A stretch of 64,000 nucleotides of DNA, from contig JAIBEI010000041.1 in the NCBI GenBank assembly GCA_019459055.1, forward strand, positions 863 through 64,862. Reading direction: 5' to 3'. The notes beneath the pieces are model-generated. The model had not been told where the DNA came from. It saw only the letters and a list, made by a program, of their open reading frames with translations, and did not search any database. The DNA is from Thiobacillus sp. (GTDB lineage Bacteria > Pseudomonadota > Gammaproteobacteria > Burkholderiales > Thiobacillaceae). Made by a program: the position numbers and the translations under genes. Below are positions 55,752 to 64,000 of the stretch, in pieces (within the stretch, counting starts at the first letter, position 1; each line of letters opens with the position of its first letter).

Positions 55752-56679
55752 ACACGATCACGGCGCCACGTCCGGCCACAGCCACCATCACACGGCGCAA
55801 AACGGCACCCTGCTCGTCGCCCTGCTGCTGACGCTGGCCTTTGCCGGGGTCGAGGCTGCAGCCGGCTGGTGGACGGGCTCGCTCGCGCTGCTGGCCGACG
55901 CCGCCCACATGCTCACCGACAGCACCGCGCTGGGACTGGCTGCGGCCGCGGCCTGGCTGGCGCGCCAACAGCCCAGCATGCGGCATTCCTACGGCCTGAT
56001 GCGTGCGGAAGTCCTGGCGGCGCTGTTCAACAGCCTATTGATGCTGGTGCTGATCGGTTTCATCGTGCGAGAAGCCCTCGAGCGCATCGGTGCCCCGCGC
56101 GACATTGCCGGCGGCACGGTCATCACCGTCGCGGCCATCGGTCTCGCGATCAATCTCGCCGTCGCCTGGGTGCTGAGCCGCGGCGAACACACGCTCAACA
56201 GTCGCGCCGCGCTGCTCCATGTGCTGGGCGACGCGCTCGGCTCGGTGGCGGCGATTGCGGCCGGCATCGTCATCGTCACCACCGGCTGGACCCCGATCGA
56301 CCCGCTGCTGTCCCTGCTGGTGGCCGCACTGATTCTGGTTTCGGCGCTGCGCCTGCTGCGCGAGGTCGTGCACGTGCTGATGGAGGGCGTGCCGCTCAAT
56401 CTCCGGCTCGACACCATCGGCCAGGATCTGGCCAGGCTCGACGGCGTGCTGCGGGTGCATGACCTGCACGTGTGGACCCTTTCGTCCGACACCATCGCAC
56501 TGTCGGCCCACCTGGAAATCCGCAGTCTGGCCGACTGGCCTGGCATCCTCGCCGCCGCACGCCAGCTGATGGACACACAACACGGCATCCGCCACGTCAC
56601 GCTGCAACCCGAGGTGATGGCCGCACAACCGCTCCTGCGCGGCGACTGGCCCCCTCGCGCAAGCGGCTCGCAAAGATAA
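55738..56679 (+). CDS. Cation diffusion facilitator (CzcD/ZitB-like Zn/Co/Cd exporter)
   Basis: His-rich N-terminus, SLALLADAAHMLTD, AALLHVLGDALGS and VHDLHVWTLS. Confidence 0.93.
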   Translation: MAAHKHDHGATSGHSHHHTAQNGTLLVALLLTLAFAGVEAAAGWWTGSLALLADAAHMLTDSTALGLAAAAAWLARQQPSMRHSYGLMRAEVLAALFNSLLMLVLIGFIVREALERIGAPRDIAGGTVITVAAIGLAINLAVAWVLSRGEHTLNSRAALLHVLGDALGSVAAIAAGIVIVTTGWTPIDPLLSLLVAALILVSALRLLREVVHVLMEGVPLNLRLDTIGQDLARLDGVLRVHDLHVWTLSSDTIALSAHLEIRSLADWPGILAAARQLMDTQHGIRHVTLQPEVMAAQPLLRGDWPPRASGSQR

Positions 56680-56849
56680 ACTGGGGCCAGACGCGGGGCC
56701 GCGCACAGTCGAACCCCGTCCCTCCCGGCTCGGCTAATCGGCTGAGTCACACGCCCCTGCGCTCTGCGCTAAGCCAGCGCGTATCCGCCATGCCCGCTGT
56801 TCTGGAGGGCCTTATCCGTCACCTTTTTTAAAATATTTGCCGCCATCGC

Positions 56850-56878
56850 TTGACACATTAATGAGAATAGTTATCATT
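56850..56878 (+). promoter_or_regulatory. Sigma70 promoter overlapped by a Fur box
   Basis: TTGACA at 56850-56855 and TATCAT at 56872-56877. AATGAGAATAGTTATCATT (56860-56878) is a 9-1-9 inverted repeat with 7/9 symmetry, resembling a Fur box. Confidence 0.85.
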
Positions 56879-56904
56879 CACTAAACAAACACACAACAGC
56901 ATGA

Positions 56905-57123
56905 ATGAAACCTGATCAAGCCGAACCAGACGCCCAAGCCATGCAAACGCAAACACCTTCTTCCGTCCATTCTCCGGCCGAGCCCGGCACGCAAACTTTT
57001 CTGCCGGGCATCATTCCGGCGGACTATTTATTCCGGGGCAATCATGAAATCCTGATCAGCCACAATGGCGAGCACTATCGACTGCGCATCACCAAGAACG
57101 GCAAACTGATTCTCACCAAGTAA
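56905..57123 (+). CDS. hemP: Hemin uptake protein HemP/HmuP
   Basis: C-terminal LFRGNHEILISHNGEHYRLRITKNGKLILTK signature. Confidence 0.92.
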   Translation: MKPDQAEPDAQAMQTQTPSSVHSPAEPGTQTFLPGIIPADYLFRGNHEILISHNGEHYRLRITKNGKLILTK

Positions 57124-57194
57124 GTCTGCCACCGCACCACCAGCCCGCCAACGCGCAAAGCGCCAGCCAGCCACCCAAATCCAGGAAGACTGGC

Positions 57195-57467
57195 ATGTCC
57201 ACACCGCAATATCACGACACCCTCGACATCGTCATCGCCGCCACGCTGTGGCCGATGCACCGCTATCGGCAAACCGGATGCAACGCGCTTTCCTGCAAGG
57301 TCGAACAGCACCTCAACTGGCTGAAAAGCCGTGCCAACAGTCGGCAGCTCGCCGCGCCCTGCCAGCCCTTATCGGTGACGCAGGAGTTTTCCGGAATCGC
57401 CTGGCACCGCCGGTCAAGCACGACCGCGTACGTTATCAATTGCACCCGACGCGCAAGCGGGTCCTGA
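57195..57467 (+). CDS. Small hypothetical ORF, possibly degenerate
   Basis: GGAAG RBS-like site, co-oriented between hemP and the Ftr cluster. The first ~45 aa look protein-like (IVIAATLWPMHRY..TGC..L..KVEQHLNWL) and the tail does not. Confidence 0.35.
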   Translation: MSTPQYHDTLDIVIAATLWPMHRYRQTGCNALSCKVEQHLNWLKSRANSRQLAAPCQPLSVTQEFSGIAWHRRSSTTAYVINCTRRASGS

Positions 57468-57580
57468 CGAAACAACCCGACCCGTTCCTGAGGGACGGGC
57501 CCAGCCAGCCAACGGGCGCTCCGCCCCGGTAGCCAGCCAATACATTTTTTTCATTGGCTCTAACCGAGAAGGAGTAATTC

Positions 57581-58135
57581 ATGGCTATCGTTCGTCCCCT
57601 CATCGCCCTGGCCGTTGCCGCCAGCCTGTCCACCGCCGCCCTGGCAGCGGAATACCCCATCGGCGCGCCGCAGCAGCGCAACGGGATGGAGATCGCCGGC
57701 GTCTATCTGCAGCCGGTGGAGATGGAATCCGTGATGGGCCATCAAATGCTCCCCGCGTCCAAGGCCGACGTGCACCTGGAGGCCGACATCCGCGCCCTGG
57801 GCAACAACCCCAACGGCTTCGCCGAGGGCGACTGGATCCCTTACCTGCTGGTCAAGTACGAGGTCTGCAAGCAGGGCGGCGACTGCATCAAGGGCGACTT
57901 CCTGCCCATGGTGGCCAGCGACGGCGCGCACTACGGCGACAACGTCAAGCTGATGGGGCCCGGCAAATACCGCGTCAAGTTCACCGTGCTGCCGCCCAAC
58001 GACGAAGGCAACCACGCCGGCCACCACTTCCACCGCCACACCGACCGCCTCACCGGCGTGCGGCCCTGGTTCAAGCGGTTCACCGTGGAATGGGACTTCA
58101 CCTTCGCCGGCATCGGCAAGCGGGGAGGCTACTGA
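57581..58135 (+). CDS. Periplasmic iron-binding protein, P19/Tpd family (FtrA-like)
   Basis: Signal peptide; EYPIG, AGVYLQPVEM, HLEADI, WIPYL, PMVASDGAHYGDNVKL, GKYRVKF, HTD..TGV.PWF; AAGGAG RBS. Confidence 0.93.
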   Translation: MAIVRPLIALAVAASLSTAALAAEYPIGAPQQRNGMEIAGVYLQPVEMESVMGHQMLPASKADVHLEADIRALGNNPNGFAEGDWIPYLLVKYEVCKQGGDCIKGDFLPMVASDGAHYGDNVKLMGPGKYRVKFTVLPPNDEGNHAGHHFHRHTDRLTGVRPWFKRFTVEWDFTFAGIGKRGGY

Positions 58136-59598
58136 TGCGCCACTTGAAACCCCTGATCCTGGCCATGGCCCTGGCCGGCAGCGCCACCGCCGGCGCAGCC
58201 GGATTGCCCGTCGAGGTGGCCCAGGCCCTGCAGCAGATGCAGGACCGCCTCGCCCGCCTGGAGGCGCGCAACGCCGAGCTGGAGCGGCTACTCGCCCCCC
58301 AGCCCACTACCGCCGCCCTGGAAACCCGGGTGCAGCAGCTGGAAAGCGCCAATGCCAAGCTGGAAGAGGCCGTGGCCAGCGACCGCCTGTCCCAGGATGA
58401 GCCGGAGATCGCCACCCGCCTGAAGGCCGTGGAATTCCAGGCCATGGGGATGCAGAAGCAGGCGCGCATGGTGGAATCCCTGGAGGGCATCGCCGCCGGC
58501 GTGTCCTTCACCACCGTGGCGCAGCACGCCAACGGCGGTGCCACCACGACGGGCGAGGCGGAAAGCGAGCTCTCGTGGCGCGGCGACGCCCAGGTCAGCC
58601 TGCCCGGAGGCAGCCTCGGCAACACCGAAGGCAGCCTGTTCTTCCACTTCCGCGTGGGCCAAGGCAATGGCCTCGCCAGCCTCAACCCGATGTTCTCGGT
58701 ACCCAACGCCACCGCCTTCCAGATCGGCGCAGCCCTGCCCGACGACGCCTCGCCGATCCTGGCCCAGGCCTGGTACCAGCTTTCGGTGCCGCTGGACGAG
58801 AAACCCCTGGACCAAAGCCGGCAGCGCCTGGAGCTCAACTTCGGCAAGATCGACCCGTTCCTGTTCTTCGACCAGAACGCCGCCGCCGATGACGAGACGG
58901 TGCGCTTCATGAATCTCGCCTTCGTGCACAACCCGCTGCTGGACGCGGGCGGCGGCGCCGGCGTGGATGCCTATGGCTTCACGCCGGGGGTGCGGCTGGC
59001 CTATTTCAACGACACCCAGGCCCCACTTGGTTGGGGCGTATCCCTCGGCGTGTTCGGCTCCGACAGCGGCGCGGCCTTCAGCGACAGCCTGCAGCAGCCC
59101 TTCGTCATCCTCCAGGCGGAGACCGCGCAGCGCTTCTTCGGCGGGCTGGCCGGCAACTACCGCGTCTATGCCTGGCGCAACGGCCGCGCCACGCATCTCG
59201 ACGGCGTAAGCCTGGAGGCGCAGAGCGGCTGGGGCGTGTCCGCCGACCAGCGCCTGGGCGACGGCATCACCCTCTGGGGCCGCTACGGCCACGGCGTGCA
59301 GGGCAATCCGGCGTTCGACCGGGCGCTCACCCTGGGCGCGGAGTTCTCCGGCAACTACTGGGATCGCGGCGCCGACGGCGTCGGCCTGGGCGTGGGCTGG
59401 CTCGCCGCCTCGGACAGCTACAAGGCCGCCAACCCCACCCTGTCCGGTGCCGAGCAACTCGCCGAGCTGTACTACCGCTGGCGCGTGAACCCGCAGTTCG
59501 AGCTGTCCCCGGATTACCAGTTCATCCGCCGCGCCGGTGCCGACGGCAGCGCGGACGATGCCCACATCCTGGGCCTGCGCGCCCAGCTCACGTTCTGA
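58135..59598 (+). CDS. Outer-membrane porin (OprB/carbohydrate-porin-like) with N-terminal coiled coil
   Basis: Signal peptide, heptad coiled coil, LAQAWYQL, FGKIDPFLFFDQNAAADDETVRFMN..F..NP, ELYYRW..NPQFELSPDYQFI and terminal aromatic LRAQLTF. Confidence 0.85.
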   Translation: MRHLKPLILAMALAGSATAGAAGLPVEVAQALQQMQDRLARLEARNAELERLLAPQPTTAALETRVQQLESANAKLEEAVASDRLSQDEPEIATRLKAVEFQAMGMQKQARMVESLEGIAAGVSFTTVAQHANGGATTTGEAESELSWRGDAQVSLPGGSLGNTEGSLFFHFRVGQGNGLASLNPMFSVPNATAFQIGAALPDDASPILAQAWYQLSVPLDEKPLDQSRQRLELNFGKIDPFLFFDQNAAADDETVRFMNLAFVHNPLLDAGGGAGVDAYGFTPGVRLAYFNDTQAPLGWGVSLGVFGSDSGAAFSDSLQQPFVILQAETAQRFFGGLAGNYRVYAWRNGRATHLDGVSLEAQSGWGVSADQRLGDGITLWGRYGHGVQGNPAFDRALTLGAEFSGNYWDRGADGVGLGVGWLAASDSYKAANPTLSGAEQLAELYYRWRVNPQFELSPDYQFIRRAGADGSADDAHILGLRAQLTF

Positions 59599-59608
59599 GG
59601 CAGACGTC

Positions 59609-59941
59609 ATGCAAAGCCGACGCATCCACCCGCTCCTCCTCGCCGCCGCCCTGTATGCCGGCGCGGCCCACGCCGATCTGCCCACTTATACGCTGGTGGC
59701 GAAGGACGGGCGGCTTCAGCCTTCAACCCTGGCGGTCCCCGCCGGGGTGCGCTTCAAGATCGTCATCCGGAACGAAGGGCGCGAACCCATCGAATTCGAG
59801 AGCCTGCAACTCAGGAAGGAAAAGGTGCTGGCCCCCGGCGCCCGGTCCTTCGTGGTCATCGCCCCGCTGAAACCGGGCAAATACGACTTCTTCGACGAGT
59901 TCCATCCCGACACGTCCAAAGGCCGCATCGTCGCGAAATGA
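59609..59941 (+). CDS. Cupredoxin-domain protein (FtrB/EfeO-N-like)
   Basis: Signal peptide; LAVPAGVRFKIVIRN, EFES..LRKEKVL and PLKPGKYDFFDEFH. Confidence 0.9.
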   Translation: MQSRRIHPLLLAAALYAGAAHADLPTYTLVAKDGRLQPSTLAVPAGVRFKIVIRNEGREPIEFESLQLRKEKVLAPGARSFVVIAPLKPGKYDFFDEFHPDTSKGRIVAK

Positions 59942-60046
59942 AGACGCCCGCCATGCCCCCATCCCAGCTCGCCGGCGCTACCGCAGCCTGCCCGACCCTG
60001 TTCCCCCCGAGTGCCCTGTGGCGCCTGGTTTCAGGGAGGGTGAATC

Positions 60047-60877
60047 ATGGGTAACGCTGCCTTCATCGTCTGGCGCGAGACCATCGAGGCCATGCTGGTC
60101 ATCGGCGTCCTGCACGGCTGGCTCGCCGCCCAACCCGACTGGCTGCCCGGCCAGCGCCGCCGCGCCATGCGCTGGCTCTGGGGCGGCGTGGGCGCCGGAC
60201 TTGCGCTGGCCGGGTTGCTGGCGCTGACGCTGCTGGGCATCCAGGCCTGGGCCGACGACGTCACCCTGGAATGGTTCCAGGCGCTCATGCCGCTGGTCGC
60301 CGCCGCGCTGATTTTCCAGATGGTGGTGTGGATGCGACGTCACGGCGCCGGCCTGAAGCGCGAACTGGAAGCCGGCATGTCTGCCGCCGCCGAACGCGCC
60401 CACTGGGCCGGCACGGCGCTGCTGGCCGCCATCGCCGTGGGCCGCGAGGGCGCCGAGACGGTGATCTTCCTGTACGGCGCCGCCACCAACGACAGCGGCG
60501 TCGATCTACTCGCCGGCGGCGTCGCCGGTTTCCTGCTCGCGCTGGCGGCGTATGGCGTGCTGGTGCGGAGCGCGCGCGGGTTCTCCTGGCGAATGTTCTT
60601 CCGCATCACGGAAATCCTGTTGCTGCTGCTCGGCGGCGCTTTGCTGGTGGACGGTATCGACAAGCTGATCGGCCTGGAGGCGCTGCCGGCGTTGATCGAC
60701 CCGCTGTGGGATGCCGGTTTCCTGCTGGATGACGGCAGCCGCGCCGGCGGCCTGATCGCCGCCTTCACCGGCTGGCGCGCCCAGCCCGCCGGACTCAGCT
60801 ACCTGGCGCTGGCGCTATGGTGGGGACTGGCCTTCGCCCTGGCGTTGCGAGCAAGGCCGGCGGGAGGGCGGCGATGA
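60047..60877 (+). CDS. FTR1-family iron permease (FtrC-like)
   Basis: Two RExxE motifs (WRETIEAML, GREGAETV) and seven hydrophobic segments. Confidence 0.93.
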   Translation: MGNAAFIVWRETIEAMLVIGVLHGWLAAQPDWLPGQRRRAMRWLWGGVGAGLALAGLLALTLLGIQAWADDVTLEWFQALMPLVAAALIFQMVVWMRRHGAGLKRELEAGMSAAAERAHWAGTALLAAIAVGREGAETVIFLYGAATNDSGVDLLAGGVAGFLLALAAYGVLVRSARGFSWRMFFRITEILLLLLGGALLVDGIDKLIGLEALPALIDPLWDAGFLLDDGSRAGGLIAAFTGWRAQPAGLSYLALALWWGLAFALALRARPAGGRR

Positions 60878-62271
60878 GCGCCTGTGGGCCGACCTGCCGG
60901 CCGGCAGGCAGCGCAGGCGCAGGCGACCGCCTGGCCCGCCTGGGCCTATGGCTGCGCCGGCACCGCGGCAGCATCCTCGCCCTGCAATGGGCAGTGGTGC
61001 TGTTCTACGTCGTGGTGGTGGCCTGGCCCGCCTTCCTGCCCCTGCCCGGTGAGGACGACCATATCCTCGACAACCTCACCCGCTTCGCTCAGTTCCTGTT
61101 CTGGGGCATCTGGTGGCCCTTCGTCATCCTGTCGATGATGACCCTGGGCCGGGTCTGGTGCGGCCTGTTCTGCCCGGAAGGGGCGCTGACCGAATGGAGT
61201 TCGAAGTTCGGCCTCGGCCGCCCGGTGCCGCGTTGGCTGAAGTGGGGCGGCTGGCCGTTCCTGGCCTTCGTGCTGACCACGGTGTTCGGCCAGATGACCA
61301 GCGTCTACGAATATCCCAAGCCGGCGCTGCTGATCCTGGGCGGCTCCACGCTGGCCGCCATCGCCGTGGGGCTGCTCTACGGCCGCGGCAAGCGGGTGTG
61401 GTGCCGCCACCTGTGCCCGGTATCCGGCGTGTTCGGCCTCCTGGCCCGCATCGCCCCGGTGCACTTCGCGGTGGACCGGGCTGCCTGGGACGGCGCCGAG
61501 GAACCCGGTGCGCCGGTGAGCTGCGCGCCGCTGATCGATATCCGCCGCATGCAGTCCGCCGCCGCCTGCCACATGTGCGGCCAGTGCGCTGGGCAGCGCG
61601 GCGCGGTGCAATTGGCATTGCGCTCGCCGGAACAGGAAATTCTGCGCCTGCCTGATGCCGGCCCGAAGGCCGAGCCGCAGGATCGCTGGCCCGCGCGCCT
61701 GCTCGCCTTCGGCATGCTGGGCGTCGCCCTCGGCGCGTTCCAGTGGAGCGCCAGCCCCTGGTTCGTCGCCGCCAAGCAGATGGCAGCCGAATGGCTGATC
61801 GAGCGGGAACTCTGGTGGGCGCTGGACACCCCCGGCCAGTGGTGGCTGTTCACCCACTACCCGGAACTGAACGATGCCTTCACCTGGCTGGATGGCGGCC
61901 TGTTGCTGGCCTACCTCGGCGCGACCGCGCTGGTCGTCGGCGGCTGGATCTGGCTCTGCCTGCGGCTGGCCGCCGCCCTTGCGGGGACGCACTGGACCCG
62001 CCTGGCCATGACCCTGATCCCCTTCGCCGGGGCCAGCGTCTTCGTCGGGCTCTCCCTGCTCACCACCGGTCAGCTGTTCGGCGAGGGAATCGTGCTGGTC
62101 TGGGCCGCCCCGGCCCGGCTCACGCTGCTGGCCCTGGCCGGCCTCTGGTCCGCCAGCCTGGCCTGGCGCCTGGCGGCGGCCGGCGGGCGGCGCTGGGCCG
62201 CGCCGGTCGGCGTCGCCCTGGCCGCTGCGCTGCCGCTGTGGGCCTGGCACCAGCAATTTTTTGTCTGGTGA
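60874..62271 (+). CDS. 4Fe-4S-binding membrane polyferredoxin (FtrD-like)
   Basis: GRVWCGLFCPEG, WCRHLCPVSG, CAPL...CHMCGQC and many transmembrane helices; the ATG overlaps the ftrC stop. Confidence 0.9.
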   Translation: MSACGPTCRPAGSAGAGDRLARLGLWLRRHRGSILALQWAVVLFYVVVVAWPAFLPLPGEDDHILDNLTRFAQFLFWGIWWPFVILSMMTLGRVWCGLFCPEGALTEWSSKFGLGRPVPRWLKWGGWPFLAFVLTTVFGQMTSVYEYPKPALLILGGSTLAAIAVGLLYGRGKRVWCRHLCPVSGVFGLLARIAPVHFAVDRAAWDGAEEPGAPVSCAPLIDIRRMQSAAACHMCGQCAGQRGAVQLALRSPEQEILRLPDAGPKAEPQDRWPARLLAFGMLGVALGAFQWSASPWFVAAKQMAAEWLIERELWWALDTPGQWWLFTHYPELNDAFTWLDGGLLLAYLGATALVVGGWIWLCLRLAAALAGTHWTRLAMTLIPFAGASVFVGLSLLTTGQLFGEGIVLVWAAPARLTLLALAGLWSASLAWRLAAAGGRRWAAPVGVALAAALPLWAWHQQFFVW

Positions 62272-62361
62272 ATCATGAACGACAAGCCCCCCGTCACACT
62301 TACCGCCTCATCGACCGTGAAACACGTCCGCAGGATAGAGCCGCCGCACGGAGCCCGACAT

Positions 62362-62562
62362 CCCTGGGTGCCAACCGCAAAATTCAACAACACCAAGATC
62401 GTCGGAGGCATCGACCGCAACGGAAATCGTTTGCCTTATGCGCCCGAGTTGACCTCGAATGCGGTGTTGGCTATATGATTGGCAGCCTGAAAACCAGCTT
62501 AAGCGCATCACGTCTCCAGCCAATTTGTTGACCCGGAAAACACCAAGGCCGAAAGCGCGGAT
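62362..62562 (+). pseudogene. Frameshifted C-terminal remnant of a TonB-dependent (FecA-like) receptor
   Basis: Three consecutive frame segments read WVPTAKF...GNRLPYAPELTSNAV / LGY.IGSLKTSLSA / SQFVDPENTKAESAD, resembling late barrel strands of TonB-dependent receptors. Confidence 0.6.
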
Positions 62563-62809
62563 AGTTGGTGTGAATTACAAGTTCTGATGCCGGGCGGAGC
62601 GACAGCATGGCGCGGCGGCGATTCGCCGCCCACACATGAAAAGTGGAAAGAGGCCTGTCGGCGGGACTGCCCGCCCCTTCTTCCCGGCCCATACAGGCAT
62701 CAACCTGAAATGAACCGCCTGGGCAATGGAACGGGGTAAACCTGCGTCCCGCGAATTGGGCGCGCCTCGTTTTTATCGCACGGGTTTTAACGCTGTCACA
62801 GGAGCCACC

Positions 62810-63958
62810 ATGAGCACACCGCATATCGCCATACTCGGATCGGGGTTCGCCGCGCTCACCGCGGTGCGCGAACTGCGCCGGCGCGACCGCGTAGCCCGCA
62901 TCACGCTCATCGCCCCCAAAGCCGAGCTGATGTATTACCCGAGCCTGATCTGGGTGCCGTCCGGGTTGCGGCGCGGCGCCGATCTCAACATCGACGTGGC
63001 GGGTTTTCTGGCCGAACACAAGGTCGGGTTTCACGCCGGGCGGGTGACCGGATTGCAGGATGGCGGGCGCAGCGTATTGACCGACAACGGCACGGTGACG
63101 AACGATGCGCTGCTGATCGCCAGCGGCGGCCGTTTCCTCAAGGCGATGCCCGGGATCGAACACGCGCTGACCCTCTGCGAAGGCGCGCCCGCTGCCGAAG
63201 CGATCCGCGAACGGCTGGCCGGCATGGCCGGCGGCACCGTCGCCTTCGGATTCGGCACCAATCCCAAGGAGCAGGGCGCGATGCGCGGCGGGCCGATGTT
63301 CGAGCTGCTGTTCGGCATCGATACGCTGCTGCGCAGGCAGGGCCGCCGCGACGACTTCAAGCTGGTTTTCTTCAACGCCGCCAAGGAACCGGGCAAGCGC
63401 CTGGGCGACAGAGCGGTGACCGGTCTGCTGCGCGAGATGGCCAAGCGCAACATCGCCACCCACCTCGGCCACAAGCTGCTCGGCTTCGAGGCGGACAAGA
63501 TCCGGACCGAAGGCGGCGAGGTGCCGGCCGACCTGATTCTCTTCATGCCCGGCATGAGCGGCCCCGCCTGGGCAGCCGATGCCGGCCTCCCGCTGTCCGA
63601 GGGCGGGTTTTTCAAGGCCGATGCCCACTGCCAGGTGGCCGGCGCCGACAAGGTCTATGTCGCCGGCGATTCCGGCAGCTATCCCGGCCCCGACTGGCTG
63701 CCCAAGCAGGCCCACATCGCGGACCTGCAGGCGAAGGCGGCCGCCGAAAACCTGCTGCGGGCGCTCGCCGGCAAACCGCCCACCGCGCGCTTCAAGGTCG
63801 AACTCATCTGCATCGTCGACACCCTCGACCGCGGCATCCTGGTCTACCGCGACGAAAAGCGCGCGCTCATCCTGCCGCCGTGCCGCCTGTTCCACTGGGC
63901 CAAGCGGTTTTTCGAATGGCAGTACCTGCGCCCCTACCGCAAGGCGAATCGCGCATGA
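62810..63958 (+). CDS. Sulfide:quinone oxidoreductase-like FAD oxidoreductase (type III-like)
   Basis: AILGSGFAAL (Rossmann fold), LLIASGG, TLCEG, LILFMPG, VYVAGDSG, PKQAH and C-terminal LICIVD; AGGAG RBS. Confidence 0.8.
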   Translation: MSTPHIAILGSGFAALTAVRELRRRDRVARITLIAPKAELMYYPSLIWVPSGLRRGADLNIDVAGFLAEHKVGFHAGRVTGLQDGGRSVLTDNGTVTNDALLIASGGRFLKAMPGIEHALTLCEGAPAAEAIRERLAGMAGGTVAFGFGTNPKEQGAMRGGPMFELLFGIDTLLRRQGRRDDFKLVFFNAAKEPGKRLGDRAVTGLLREMAKRNIATHLGHKLLGFEADKIRTEGGEVPADLILFMPGMSGPAWAADAGLPLSEGGFFKADAHCQVAGADKVYVAGDSGSYPGPDWLPKQAHIADLQAKAAAENLLRALAGKPPTARFKVELICIVDTLDRGILVYRDEKRALILPPCRLFHWAKRFFEWQYLRPYRKANRA

Positions 63959-64000
63959 GTCGCCGACTCCCGGCGGCTGGGCCGGGCACAAAAAATCAGG

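Overview
A GC-rich betaproteobacterial chromosome segment; gene content, synteny and an SQR-like gene suggest a Thiobacillus-like sulfur oxidiser (inference). Most of it is core genome: a partial clpB carrying a 65-nt poly-C artefact, nadC, pgeF-rluD/bamD, sucCD-nadE-glnB, the rpsB-tsf-pyrH-frr-uppS-cdsA-dxr-rseP-bamA-skp-lpxD-fabZ-lpxA-lpxB-rnhB superoperon, map-glnD, def, hpt, ampD, purT, typA, rmuC, mtfA, tRNA-Ser(TGA), acpS and nagZ. Accessory or unusual elements are: (1) a translationally coupled MoxR-type AAA+ ATPase / HEXXH-metallopeptidase-vWA / Hsp33 operon whose Hsp33 lacks two of the four canonical zinc cysteines; (2) a Fur-boxed iron locus (hemP, then an FtrABCD-like system with an outer-membrane porin between ftrA and ftrB) followed by a frameshifted TonB-dependent receptor remnant; (3) an orphan FlaF-like gene with tandem sigma54- and sigma28-like promoters; (4) a large protein with degenerate PilZ motifs behind a sigma54-like promoter; (5) a signal-peptide ATP-dependent DNA ligase (Lig E type); (6) a two-component system plus two small secreted proteins inserted between rpsB and map; (7) several REP/REPIN-like and long-palindrome element families, one showing compensatory stem changes between copies; (8) a probable truncated-hemoglobin gene remnant. 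No CRISPR array, rRNA, transposase or integrase was seen. All family assignments come from motif recognition; no database searches were run.
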